This document shows, in pieces, positions 26,780-40,000 of a stretch of DNA of 64,000 bases. This stretch comes from Ophelia neglecta (taxonomy: Eukaryota): positions 60,636,001 to 60,700,000 of the forward strand of contig OZ260661.1 in assembly GCA_965285935.1 (NCBI GenBank). The letters run 5' to 3'. The first letter of the stretch is position 1, and every line of letters starts with the position of its first letter. The position numbers and the translations under genes were made by a program. A model generated the notes under the pieces. It made no database searches. It was not told the origin of the DNA and worked only from the letters and a program-made list of their open reading frames with translations.

Positions 26780-27549
26780 CTGCAAAGTAAAGTAAACAGA
26801 GTGAGCTCCTGCAGCGAGAAGTTGGTAGCACAGTGGCGTAGACTTCACTAACATTTTGGAACTAGCTGGTGTAGTGTACTATACACTTATAAATCACGGC
26901 CGACCTAACATAGCAGACGAACTCGCAGGCAACAGCGTGATAACGAGGCCTCACTTTATAAAGTACCCATAAGCTAAGAAATGACCATTAGTTCGACCTT
27001 TGAACGGGAGGTTTAATGTAGGCCAATTAGGCTCCCGGGCTGTGTGACCAGGGGGTGGGATGTCTAGTCTGGTAATTTATCCCCTCTGCCCTTCGCTAGG
27101 CTGATAGCAACTGATGACCCCAAATTGATGTTGTAAAGCAATTCTCCCTCAATGGTTGGTGCTTGTACTCACACCTCAAACTCCACTCTGCACTTAAAGC
27201 TTGGTGATTTGAAGAAAGTTTCGTATAGTAGGCCAGAGTACTTTCTGTTTTACTACCAAGAGGCTATAAAACACGACTCCAGACACGATAAGTACGCGGA
27301 GGGCCGTCATAGTTATTGCCCCATTTATGCGCTGATTTATTATTATTACCGACAATTATGTGTACATGTGATCTCCGTTTACCAAACAATTCCACGCGGA
27401 AAGAAACTTTGTTTTGATTTGGAAACGAGCATTGTGCGCATGGTTCTGAAGCCACTAGCTGTCTAAAAGTTAGCCAAAGTATACAAAGATGGCGTAGGTA
27501 TCAGATGTTATACCTGACAAGTTAGCTGAAGGTAGTAGCAGTTACTTAC
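26780..27549 (-). other. Hox4: Hox4 intron (770 bp, GT-AG, phase 1) between hexapeptide and homeobox
   Basis: GTAAGT donor, pyrimidine tract plus CAG acceptor, and the canonical Hox intron position. It contains TGATTTAT Pbx/Hox-type sites at 26889-26896 (-) and 27333-27340 (+). Confidence 0.95.
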
Positions 27550-27955
27550 CTGAGCCCATATGTGCTTTTTTCATCCACGGGTATATCATAGGTGTGCTAG
27601 TGTTTGCTGCCGTGCAAGGGACCATCCGTCCGTTGGTGGGAGTAGGCGATGGGACACTTTGCGGACTTTGTGACACAGGGGTGTATCCTTGAGCAGGGAC
27701 CGGGTTGGGTGGCTCCGAGACCCGGTTCATGGTCGGGGGTCCGGTCGCACACGCTCCATAGTTTGTGTTTGGAGAGTAACTCTCCTGCGAAGGATATCCT
27801 CTTTGCTCATGTGGAAAACCATAGCTGTGTCCAGAACTTCGGTAGAAATCCTCGTGTCCACTGGAAATATAGTTATTTTGTGAATATTCCTCATTTGGAG
27901 GGAACTTAGGCTCCGCAAACGGAGATGAGTTCATCAAAAACGAACTCATGATCAT
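27550..27955 (-). CDS. Hox4: Hox4/Deformed orthologue, coding exon 1 (135 codons + 1 nt)
   Basis: The N-terminus MIMSSFLMNS..EPKFPPNEEYSQNNY is the paralogue-group-4 N-terminal motif. The hexapeptide IYPWMKK lies near the exon end. The exon ends at the strong donor CAG|GTAAGT (intron starts at 27549, phase 1). A second in-frame ATG is at 27949. Confidence 0.97.
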
Positions 27956-28032
27956 TAATTTTGGCTGAATAGGGTCGAAATAATATTACTCAGTACTTGT
28001 CTTCTTCCAACTCATTGGGACCTCCCTTCGGT

Positions 28033-28115
28033 CCGCCATTTGCATATCACGTGGATAGTGGTGACCAATCAAAACAGTGCGCAGTGACCTTTGTGCATTT
28101 CTCACCGATTGACAG
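28033..28115 (-). promoter_or_regulatory. Hox4 proximal promoter/5' leader motif cluster
   Basis: Within 160 nt of the ATG lie YY1-like CCGCCATTT (28033-28041), octamer ATTTGCAT (28038-28045), E-box CACGTG (28048-28053), CCAAT box (28065-28069), nuclear-receptor half-site TGACCT (28085-28090) and Pbx/Meis-like GATTGACAG (28107-28115). Confidence 0.7.
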
Positions 28116-31100
28116 CTGCCTGTAACGGCCTCTGCATATAACTCGCAGTGGAAGTAGTGCGCTGTGTCGTAGCGATCTGGCAACTAGCGAATGTGTTTGT
28201 AATAGCCAGTCAGGTCAATACAGGTGAAACAAGTTGAAAGAAGCTCAATTTCTGGCACTTAAATGAATGAAAACTGCTAATGTTATGGCAGTTATCCTAG
28301 GCTCGCACGCAATCGCGGAGAAAGGGCCTAGCGAATTTTTTTGCCGGTTTTAGGGCTTCCGCCTAGAACAATACAACACGTGCGTTTTGAACAATAAGTT
28401 ACATTATTCACAGTTCTTCATAAATGTATCGTCTGCAGTCAAGAGGCTGTGCCATGGGCAAAACAACCTTATGCATGTAAACAATAAAGAAAGGCCCTCA
28501 AAAGTGTTATGCGCTCATTTAAAGCCGCTGGCATAGTCTATTAAAATTAGCCGTCTGCGTGATTTATTTCTAAGCTATTAGGAGAATAAGCTGAAGGAGA
28601 ATTAAGATGTAAATAAGGCTCCACGATAGAACATTAGCCTGTTTGTTAAATGATTATTATTAGTGTTATGTGCGCGAGATGGGTTGCTAAGTCACACCTC
28701 AGGAATCAAATTGATATCTATAGCTACATTAAGGAGCACCGTAAGCACCACAAAGTTACCGCCAAAGGGTAATCAAATCCCAGGCGAAATCCCAACGTGG
28801 ACAAAATTGCTCATTTATTTACACGAGTTTATGAATGGCGCTGTTCGCAGATAAGGCACTGGATGCGATCCAACTAGCAAGGGTGACCTTTTCATTTGGT
28901 TTATCAGCACAGTAACAAGGATGGATTGACCTCCCATTCAAGTAGTCATCAAAGGCAAATAAGCTACATGCTTAGCAAAATGCAGAACTGTATAGGGCCT
29001 ACATCAGTAGGTCAGCACTTTGCACCAAACCATCGCCTCGACCCAATTTCATTCATCGTCCTCGACGCTGACCAGTTGCACAGATTTTAACTTATATTAA
29101 GCTTGAAATACAAATTCTAAAACGTGCTCTAGGCGTTAAATATAGGGCCAAAATAAACTTTCGTTCATCAACATATCTTTAAATTCATTAACTCATTTTT
29201 ACGAGAAATAGCTGGACTCGATTCGTTGCTGAAAGTTGGAAGTTCGGTCCATTGTTGTCGGCCTGGCCTGTGAGAGTGGCGTCGTTGTTACATAATAACT
29301 AGGTACCGCCCCTCCACATGAGCTAATTGTTGTGTTAGCTGGCTGCCTCGATCATTGGTCCTGGCAGAACCATTACCACTCGATAGAGGATGGACAGTTC
29401 GGCATCGCCTACGGGTTCAGGCGAGTGAACGAAACCTGACCACAGGGAGCCACACGGTCAAACTCGGCCACATAGCTAGCTGCATATTCAGACAGCAAAC
29501 ACTAAACACGTGCTCTCTGTTTACATAGCACACTTGCGCCACCTAGTACAGATGTCCGCCAAATCAACATCTTACTACCACGCATTTGACCACGATCTCT
29601 CTGTTTATGTACTGGCTACAACGGTGTCACTGTACCACGGTCAAATAAAGTAGAGCACTGCACCAACAACAATAATTGTCAACACATTCATTGATACACA
29701 ATGGAAGTTTTCGATTCCATAAACTTAAAGTCAATAGAAACTTTAAAGCCAAACACTTCAAACATACAGACATTAATTAGTCTAATGAGATTAATTAAAG
29801 AGTAAATATGCGAATTTTCGATCAGCTAAGGGAGGAAGTTCGTTTAAGGGACCAGTGGGTAAGGCTATTGAGAACTGTACAGCTCATTGACGATTCGGGG
29901 CACGCACTGTGGGATAAAGTCGCAGATTATGAAGCAGAAAAATGAAGTGGCGAGGGACTTAGTCAAGCAAACATATACATGTATCTATAATTGGGCGTGT
30001 GCGGGCGGAATTGTAAGCGGTCAGCCGTGCTGTGGCAGGCGACAAATACTTCATTTGGGCGCTCTCATTAAGCTGTCATTCTCTTTTCCATATCGAATAA
30101 TTCAAACCTCACAGGAAATGCATCTTCTAGATGGGAGCGTTTTGAAAACCAAATCACGCAGTTGTGATTGAGAGCATCGGTTGCTATGGAGATGTAATCG
30201 CGTCAAAGAGCCTTCTGGACGTTGGGCAGTGTAGCGGAATGGTCAATGAATGGACGCTGAGGTCTAGAGAGGGAGGGACTGATGGGAGTGGTCACTCGGC
30301 ACGGCCGACCCTGTGGATCCGGGTGTGTGAGACTTTCAGACGACACCCCGAATTCACCGGGGGCAGCTGGCCGAGCACATGTCAACCTTTACACGCTCAC
30401 CCTAATGACCAACGAAAATTAACCCAAAATAAAAACGGTAAAAAAAACCTAACAGTAATTGGCATGCACAACCATACGAAACACACCCATATTAGGACAT
30501 AATTGCGCCCCCTACTCCCAGAGTTTCCCATTAACGAGGTCCCTAAAAGAATTATTTCATTACACAAATGAATCAGAAATATCTCATCTCGCCAATGTGG
30601 CTCACATTTCGCATTGAGTCATATCTAGATAATACCAAGTGTTGACTGTTTGATTAATGTCCTATGAGCCATTTGCTGTCCCTTTCGTTGTTTTAAGAGA
30701 AAGCACTAAAAATGGATTTATGGCTGCTCGGGTTTTAAGTTAGTCTTGTCATAGCTGTTTCTAATTGACAACATGCGAATTCATGTAGGGACCTGATTTT
30801 GTGCCATAGATTTGCGAGTGTTATAAGTTATGAGGTGCTGGTTTAGATCCTAGCAGTGTAAGGTCTTGGCCGGGACGATAAACCGCTCAGCGGGCTTTCG
30901 GGACGCTCTACCGCCGGCAAACTAATCAGTCACATCTCGAGTGATAATAGAGCAACATAAAACGAATATTAGAATGGGCAAAAAGTAATCGCCAGTATGG
31001 TTCGGTGACTACCGCCCAAGGAGCATTCACTTAACATCGATTCAAAATAGGCTTAGAGACTTTGACACCACTTTTAATAATTTTATCCCTAAAAAAAGGC

Positions 31101-33620
31101 AACCACTTAGATTTAAATTTCGACATGGCTCCTGGTACATCTGACAGTCTCCGCGCTAGGATATGAGTTATTGAGTAAGACATTAATAAATCTTAATTCT
31201 GTTCACTGAAAAAAATTATAACATGTGCACAACTACATTTGCCAAATCATATAGCTGACTTTTTTTTTCGGGTGTTAATATTCGCCACAGCTTCGCTGCA
31301 TCGCTGTCTTTTGTCTTTTGATTTATTAACTTTGCGGTTTATAAACCTTGTTTACTTAAATGACAAGACAGTCATGTTCAACAACTTTTTAGAGAGTATG
31401 CATCATTTTATTACTCGTTCGGCCTAGGCTTGGGACTAATGCGGTGTTTGTTAGTACCAGCATAGGCCTATGTCTCTCACAAACTTATAAAGACAGTTAT
31501 AAGTTGTCTACTTGTAAGATCAATGTGCACTACAGAGACCGTACAAGAAATACCACACGAGAGCCAGTGAGTATATTTTGAATTTAAACGTCCCATGATA
31601 AACAAAAGTTTAATGGCATGCTAATGGCTATTGTGTTGATAGGCCTAAAGAAATAGCCACTGGTTACTGACTCATGTTTGGTCTATTTGTGTTCCCTTGG
31701 CAGTTGGCTATTACATTTAAAGTATTTCTGAAATGATTTCGGGAATATGTGAATATGGGAAGTAGCTTGGTGGAAACTTAGACAAACCGGGTGGCATGAT
31801 GGAGTGAGAAATAAGTGAAAAGAGACAGCGGGTGATTTGGGTTTGGTACACGCGTGTAAACACCGACAGAAACCGCCCTCGTCAGTCACATAATCTGCTC
31901 TTGTCGGTGTCACTCAAAACTCAAGTTTGAAGATTGTGTTTTCTCCATTCACTCCTCACCTGTAACCAATATACCCTTGGGTTATTTATCCGGCGGGGTA
32001 AATATTCGTGTCGGGTGATGACTGAGCAAGTGGCTGATATAAAAAATAAGCCAGTAGATGAAGAGAATTTGGCTACTTCTGGAGATTGTCTAGTATCACT
32101 GGCATTAACATATTGCTCTCTGAGATCTACGTGATTTATTTGAGGGCAAAAACGGATCTTGTGTTTTATGCCAGAAACTTTTTTCATTAAGTGGAAGCAA
32201 TCTGGAATGTCTCTGCTTCCCGAAAACATCACCAGACTCCCCCTGGGCTTTCTCTGCTGGCAACCCGCCTTTGTCTTGCTGCTTCGATTTGAAGAGGGGA
32301 TCTAAAAATTTTCAAGTTTCAAAGTAACCGCTGACTCATTTTCATCATGTTCTTAATTGACTTGTTGCGGGAGGAACCTGAAGAGTTTAAGTTTGGTCTG
32401 GGGGTAGTATGTCTTAATGGGCGCGGCGATTTTCGGTTGTTGAAACACGCCATCAGCTGCTCGTCATTCATAGATATCTGAGCAGACGAGATTTAGGCGG
32501 TGTGAGCCAGAAAGCTGGCGAGGGTCGTCGATCACCGCTGATTGACCTTTTGCCCTCTCGCTGGTCAGCACCAGCTGAGTATACACTCAAACGTTTACAT
32601 GTATCGATATTTTTAGATTCGGCCATTCTCAGCGAATAAGCCCACCTAGAGAGATCTAGGCTGGTATTTGTTTGAGCTACCTCACTTGGACCACCAACAG
32701 CCCAAGGTTAATCTCTGCCGGAGGATTGAAATCCGAGTGGTCAGGCCTCAAGCCAAGTTCTACAACTATTCCTGGCTGGATCGCCGGCTTCAAATATCAA
32801 TTCTGTTGCAATAAGATACATCACATTGGCAAGCAGCCTTGGGCAGGCCTTGACACACAGGGCCAAGAGTCAAGGGAATTAAACAAGTTGGCCAGCGGAG
32901 GTAAAAGGGCCACTAAGATATTCTCGGCATGACTGCTGTCTCGAAGAAATATTCCAGATATTTATATCGTATTTTGTGGTTTTACTGAAAAATATGAAGG
33001 ATGGTGTATTTCGATACGGGTGGAACTATGCACTGACATGTTCGCATCTTAAATATAGGCCTCTTTTCAAACTACAGGCAACCAAAAAAGTTTATCATTA
33101 GACGAGAACGTTGCCAAATTACTTCAAAATAATAAAAAAAGAATCTTAGTGCATCTGTATTGTTACCCTCGATACCAGTTGATGTTTTTACTAAAAGGCT
33201 CATAAATCATCGAAAAAGTGAGACAGGTAGCAATATCAAGAATATTCTTAATTATATTTAATAAATAAATTAATGCCATTCTTGATAAATGATTTTATAT
33301 TGGCAGCTTTTGGTGCGAATTTAATGAAATATGTATTTAGAGTTCTAAAATTAATAAAATTCAAATCTAATGAGCGCCCCCTATCTGTGAGCGTTCACAT
33401 ATAGTGTCAACCAATAGCGAGCGTTCATTTGGCCTTTCCGTATTGTTAACGCCCTCAATCCCTCATGTCTAGTCTTTGCCTATTGTCTCTTTATTTAAAT
33501 ATAGGGCCGTAGAAAACACCTGTTAACTAATATTGCCAATTACTAACAATTAGCAATGTGATATATTAAGACAGCAAACACGCAATTACAATCACTAGGA
33601 GATAAATTTCCATCTAACAC

Positions 33621-34040
33621 ATCATAAAAACTGACAAATTTCGAGAAACTGGGCTTTTATTTATGGCCACTTATAATAAACTAAAACAATAATGAAAACG
33701 GAAAGTTTTTCATTTCTGGCAACGTTAATAAACTGATAGTGCAGTGTAATGATTTATGTTTTTCTTGGCCGCCATTTGCCTAGAACTCAGCAGTGCCATA
33801 AAACAAATTTCGATGTCGTAAAAGTCACTTGGTTTTTATGAGTTTTGTCTGCCGAGGTAATTGCTTTACTGGGTTTTTATAAAAAGAAATTTCCGCAATG
33901 TCTATTTATTGTCAAGCGTGAAGATTTTGTTGTAATATTTTCATGTGATAAACAGCTTTATTTCTACTGAAATAAGCGTTCAAATGAAAAACAAATATTA
34001 AAATCTGAAAACAAAATCTCTGTTCGCTCGGTCGTAAACT
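33621..34040. promoter_or_regulatory. Cluster of Cdx/Hox-type TTTAT(G)/TTTAC(G) sites; candidate Hox4 upstream enhancer
   Basis: TCATAAAA, TTTATGGCC, TGATTTATG, GCCATAAAA, GTCGTAAAA, TTTTATGAG, TTTTATAAAA and GTCGTAAAC occur within ~420 bp. Confidence 0.45.
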
Positions 34041-37000
34041 AGTCCTTTTTGATTAGGTCTACTATGAAAGGGTCTTTCTTATCACATTTCAGTATTTGAT
34101 AACATGCCTCGATTGCTTTTAACTTATTTAATTGAAGTTTCCCCAAGTAACTCTCCAATTAATTTGACCTTGGCACAACAGTGCAAAATGTTTCCCATCG
34201 CTTGAAAATCAATTTCAACAAATTGTGAGCAAACGAGACAAAAAACTAACTCTGAATTGTAGACAATTTAAACTGTTTAGTCAGTAAGTCAGTCTAATCT
34301 CTTGTGATTGTATCAGGCCTTACAAAAAACCCTTAAATGTGGTAAAATGTGAATCCATTTTTTGGAAGCCGTTTAAACTGCGATGAGTGTGAATAAAACT
34401 GTGAAGCCTCGAAAGTCTCTGTCAACTTTGAGGAAAGGTGATTAATTTTCCTGCAGTCATTAATCACACGTAGGTCAAATTAAAAGGAAGGCCATTTTAC
34501 TAATTACTATATGGCCAAGGTTGTTAACGGGCGGTAATAGAGTTTCATCTGCCAGAGTGCTCGAGGTCATTGAATCTAGACGCCGACGATTCTGAGTGAA
34601 CCTCCGCTAGTCCGCTACCAGCTGATTGAAGAATGCATCGAATTTCCCGCTAATTCCAGTGTAATAGATCTAAGGAACGCCAAAAGATGAGTATAATAAA
34701 CATCTTCGGACAGTGCCAATCCTGTGTATTGTCCGAGCAGACTAATTTTGTAGTTTGACGACAACCAAGTATCAGACAGGGTGATTAATACGCCATTCTC
34801 TGATAGTAAATTTGTGGGTTTCAGTTAACACGTGTAGATGTGTGTGTAACACATGGCTACTTGTCAGCCGATGAGGAGATGGCCCATAATTATGAGTAAA
34901 CAAAGGCCGGGGGGCACCATCCAGATTTTCATGAGTTTACATAGCTTGTGGTTACAGAATAATAAATGTTTCTAGCAGCGCGGCCATTCCCACAATCCAT
35001 CTTTCTTGGTGCCACAACTCCTGATAAAATATTGACGGTATTAACTTTCCTATTATGGAAGAAGGGTGATGTAGATTATAAATAAGATATTAAATTAGTC
35101 CACTCCTACTATGCTCACAAAGCGGCAATATATCATAAATTTCCATTCCATAAGTCAAGATTCGATAGACTTCTTTGACAGGACTTGTCGGAGATGAAAT
35201 TAATACCATTAGTTTTGCTCCATAACTATCTAACTCATTTTACCCTCCCGAGGGTGAATCGACTTTAAATAGGAATTGAAGAAAGTGGCGTGTTCAATTT
35301 TGATCAAATCCTCGATATGAAAAAGCCAGGAAAAGTTTAATAGTGTGCTGAGCCCTAGGAACAATGTTATCTTCTTTTCCACCCATTTGTTGCAAGAAAG
35401 GGTGTTAGTCGTCTGGAGTCGTTTAATTCCCAGATTACTCAAAGGAGTGATCGGTAAAGACAATGAGATCGTCTTAGGTTTCCTTCCAAAACGTGCATCT
35501 TCACAATAGAACTTCAGGTTGGAGAATTTTGATGAAACTAATCTGACACACGATCCAGATTAATTTACCATGACAGTGTTTGGGCGAGGCCCTAAGTGGT
35601 TAGAACTGCTTTTTCCCCCAAACGTTGTGCCATTTTCTTCACAATAGCTAAACAGCCATGCGACCCTGTGTTTATTTCAGTGTGAAAAATAGACGGAACT
35701 GTATACAGTCAATGTTAGTGAAAAAAAAAAAACAATATGCATCTATTCTTTTTCAATCTTATCTCAGACCCACCTATGGAAGTATTTCAATATTTACCAA
35801 TATGAAGTCATTCCTTCCGCATCAGTTGAAATTTCTGACTCTGATGCGCCGACAAAACTCTTTTCAAATAAGGCTACGAAAAAACGTTAAAATTTTGTTC
35901 ATGCTTGTTGCATTCGTTGAAAGGCGGCTGGGCTGTGTTTGGTCTGAAGGTGTGACCTAGTCACACAACTGTCAGCAGTCATGCCATGCGGAACAATGCT
36001 ATTCATTCATTTCATTTAATGGAAAAGATTGGTCGAATACGAAAAAGTTAAAGCAGCTACACACTCGAGGTTGAGGAATGTTAAGCGCTTATATTTATGT
36101 TCTTCGTCTAACGAATAAAATATAAGAGCCCTTTGTCAAAATGTTTATTTATAAGAAGTTTTGGCAATACTCTCTAAGTGAGTGTAATTGAAGACCATTT
36201 ATAGAGACATACAGGAATATCTGTTTCTTCTTTACGGCCGAATTTGTCATGTATATGACTAAATAGCTAATTTGCCTTGAAGAGTCTTGGCCATAGTCAC
36301 ATGCAGTTGCCCTTTCAAAAATTAAAACGGACATGTATAAAAACAACATGTTTTTCTGGTTTGGAACCAAAGAGACAGTCATGATATCAGTTCTGATGCC
36401 TCCGTGGAAATTCTAACCCTACAAGATAACTGCATCGAAAATAGATACAGACCCACAGAGCATTCGATAAGCAAAGGAAAAAAATAAGGCTACATCAGTG
36501 GTACAAATTAAACATATATTCTGTACATTTGTTTGCCAGAGACATCTAGATCAAGTCGTCGGCCCTATATGACCATAACTGTTCAATATCGTCTGCCATC
36601 ACAATAATTATGTCGTTAAGATTTTCTTTTACGTTGACGATTCTACTAGTACAGCCAAGAGTAATTAGGCTACATCAACAGACCGTTTCTAGGGTGTTGT
36701 AAACACGCCACCACGTCGATAATAACCTGCCTTGACTTTTTTATGGCTTCAAATCACGTGATCTGCCACCTTTTTGTACCAGTCGCTAAAGCCTTTGCTC
36801 CATATTTAGATCTGTTTATGCCTAGGGTTATATTATGTCGTCTGGAACACTTCCCTTCAACTAAGTAAAATGCCACCTACTTTGCTCGAAGGGGATTTCA
36901 ACGACAAAATATCAAACATGTAATTTGTTACTTTCTGACTAAAAAAAAGTTAGGCAGTGCAGTATATTTATGTTAAAAAAACGCCCCAAAAGTCCTCTTC

Positions 37001-40000
37001 TCTGTCAGATAATAAAAGAAAAAATATAATGTAATCCCTGGATTTTATCTAGTAAGATATGGCATCAACAACCGTATTTTCTTGCTCTACACAATATTCG
37101 AATTAAATGAATCAGAAAAATATATTTTCAACTTGAGCGGTATTCTAATGCACCCTTAGAACAATGTAAAGAATATAATTTCTGTTGTAGTAGTGAGCAG
37201 TCGCGAAGAATCTATAGCCTTCAGGGACAGTTAGTATATAAGGGTAATATTAATTTCACGGGATATTGCTGAATACAATGTTTTAAAGTTGGCAGCAAAG
37301 ATATAAATTTATATATTATATATCATAATACATGTATAAGTAATGATATGTGAAAAAGAAGATAAATTAATTATTTATTTTGCTATCCAGTAAACACAGT
37401 TAGTGGATTTTATTAAACTTAAAGTATAAACGACCTATTGTAAGGCTTCAAAAAAGCGCAAGCCATTATGATCTTGTGAACTAGATGGTCCTGTGCAGTT
37501 TGAAATGATAGTATTAATCAGTATGACTCACCCACGAAAGGAAATTTGAGGGTTTTCTAAGAGTAGCCCTGTTAAATATACAGTATAAGCGCCAAGTTCG
37601 TTAATTTTGACGAATACCTCCTCCCCCCAGATTTCAAAGTCAAACCGAATGAAACATTTACTAAATTTCTAGTCAGTTAAGCAGGAACATATCTTTTCAA
37701 AGAAGGAAAGGCCAGGTTAGAAATTATCCAAGATACCTTTTGTTCCACTTGTAAGTGATCAATACATTTATTTTGCCTACCATGTAATGCAAAGCCACTA
37801 GAATGCATCGAAATTGAGTTTTTTCAATATACTAGTGGCCTTGAAAAAGAGGTCTAGGTCACATTTAAGTTCACAAGTGGAGTCCATGTATGTTGCGTGA
37901 AAGTGGTTAACACAACTTAAGAAAATAAAAAGTCGATGTCAAATGGTAGACAGTAAAATATATGCGGTGCATATGATCTGTAATAGTGGTCAACACATTT
38001 GCCATGCTTTTCTTGCCCATTCAGTAACTAGATACATTAAATTTTTAATTTGAATTATAACCATGTCATTGAAAAACAGGTCAAAGTCAAATTCCAATTA
38101 GCCAGCAGGTCTCTGACATATGATTTCCCTATTAACATCCCATGCTCTAAACAAATTATCTACCTTGGCCAATTCAGCCAACAACACACAAACAGTGCTT
38201 GACTTTTTTCATCTTGCCCCAGTTTCTAAAATTATATCTGGCAATGAATTTTGTTTAATGGCAATAAAATTGTGTTACATTATTAGACAATTGAACATAT
38301 GGATTATCCTATCGATTATAAATACGTCTAATTGACTAAGTTATAGAATCGATAGGATCACCCATAAATTAGACAGAAGAGATATCTGATTGTGTTCTAT
38401 TGTTTGACCAGAACAATGATGAAAAACTCAAGACAATTCCTGAATTACCACAGTGCAGTCGGAGAGAGGCAAAAAATATATCACTGTCAATAAAGTGAGG
38501 AGACTATAGGCAGGTAAAGATGGTACCAGTGTAAATAGTATATTACCTTTCTTTTTCACATCATCAACAATGTATAGGAGTTACTTCAATAATTAAATCA
38601 TAAATGTCAGTTAATACCTCTTTTTGCTAATTAGAAGATTTTTTTACAGTACTTTACACACGCCTGGTATATGTATGTATATTGCAATGATGGAGATTGA
38701 TAAAACTTATGAATATGTAAAGGACTTAAGGTTAGTAACATCACATTAAAAGAAGTAACCATGTCAACAAAAAAACACATCTAAGCTTAGTTGTGTCTGG
38801 AATAGGTCAAGCAGAACTCATATGCTTATTTTAATAATTTATTTGTAAATATAAATTTTGCATTTTATGATAAAAAAAAAGAAGAGCGAGGAAATTACTT
38901 ATCCAAATGAGTCATAACTTTAAAATTAAGTTTTTTTTAAGGTAAGCATAAGGCACAGGCATATACATCAACATTTAGTTATCTTGATGAAGTGAAAGGA
39001 AAAAATTCCAAGCCAAGAGTTTACTGTTATAAGATTTTTTTTACATATTTTATAGACAATCATGTAATACCTGCTGTAGGCCCAGTTCGTTCCTTTGTAT
39101 GTCAAACTACTGTCTGGAGACGAGATTTTCCCCTTTCTCTCTATCTGACTTTTTGTTGTGTTTTAGTAGACACGTTTTATAATTATTTTAGGTGAGCCTT
39201 TTTGCGTCCCTGCTTCAGGATCATGTTGTTTTTAATTTTTATTTCTGTTTCCTTATTTGCTGCACTCCGTTGTTTCTTCGTAAATGGTTACTTTTGTTCA
39301 AGTAGTTATTTATACACTTTTTCTCTGACCTAATTGCTTATTATTTGTGTTTGACACTTTAATTTCCACACATACTTTAATGATTTAAGAGTGACCCTTA
39401 TTAAAGTGACTTTATATTGTCAGTAAATATAACTTAATTGTTATGAAATATTCAAATTCAAGTGTGTCTACATAAAATATAACCAGGCTGGCTCATTTCC
39501 AGGAGTTACAAATGCCTAACTTTAAAAAATCAGTTTCTAGTTAGATCAGTGCTTCTTTGCATACTCCAAATTGTTTACTTGAATTATCAATTTAGAATTT
39601 ATGAAGTGGTATACTTATCAGTATATAATTCATAAGGGCTACGTATAAATAATAAATTTAGCAATATGACTAACTCATTATAATTCTACAAGTGAGATGA
39701 GAAGACAGAACACGGTTCAATAAATTTCGAAATAGTAGTATTATTTCGAAAATAATCTTAATTCATTCCACGAGAGGGCACTACTTATCTTTTTTGATTC
39801 AGCCAATCAAATGTCCACATTTCACGTATTGCACGACGGGTGAGTGGGTAAATTGTTAAAAATTGACAAACGAAATTTCAAAACCAATCATTTATGCGAG
39901 ACAGTTTGAATTATATATAAATCTAACAGTACATTTTTTCCCGGCTGCATCATGTCCCGCACCCTTAATTGTTTACACACCCACTTTTGTCTTGTTTCTG

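Noticed and set aside
26780-26831. N-terminal extension [17 protein letters not shown] of the homeobox ORF
   Set aside because: It is intronic sequence upstream of the splice acceptor, opened by a non-ATG start.
37856-37873. AGGTCA...AGTTCA as a second DR5 RARE
   Set aside because: The spacer is 6 nt, not 5.
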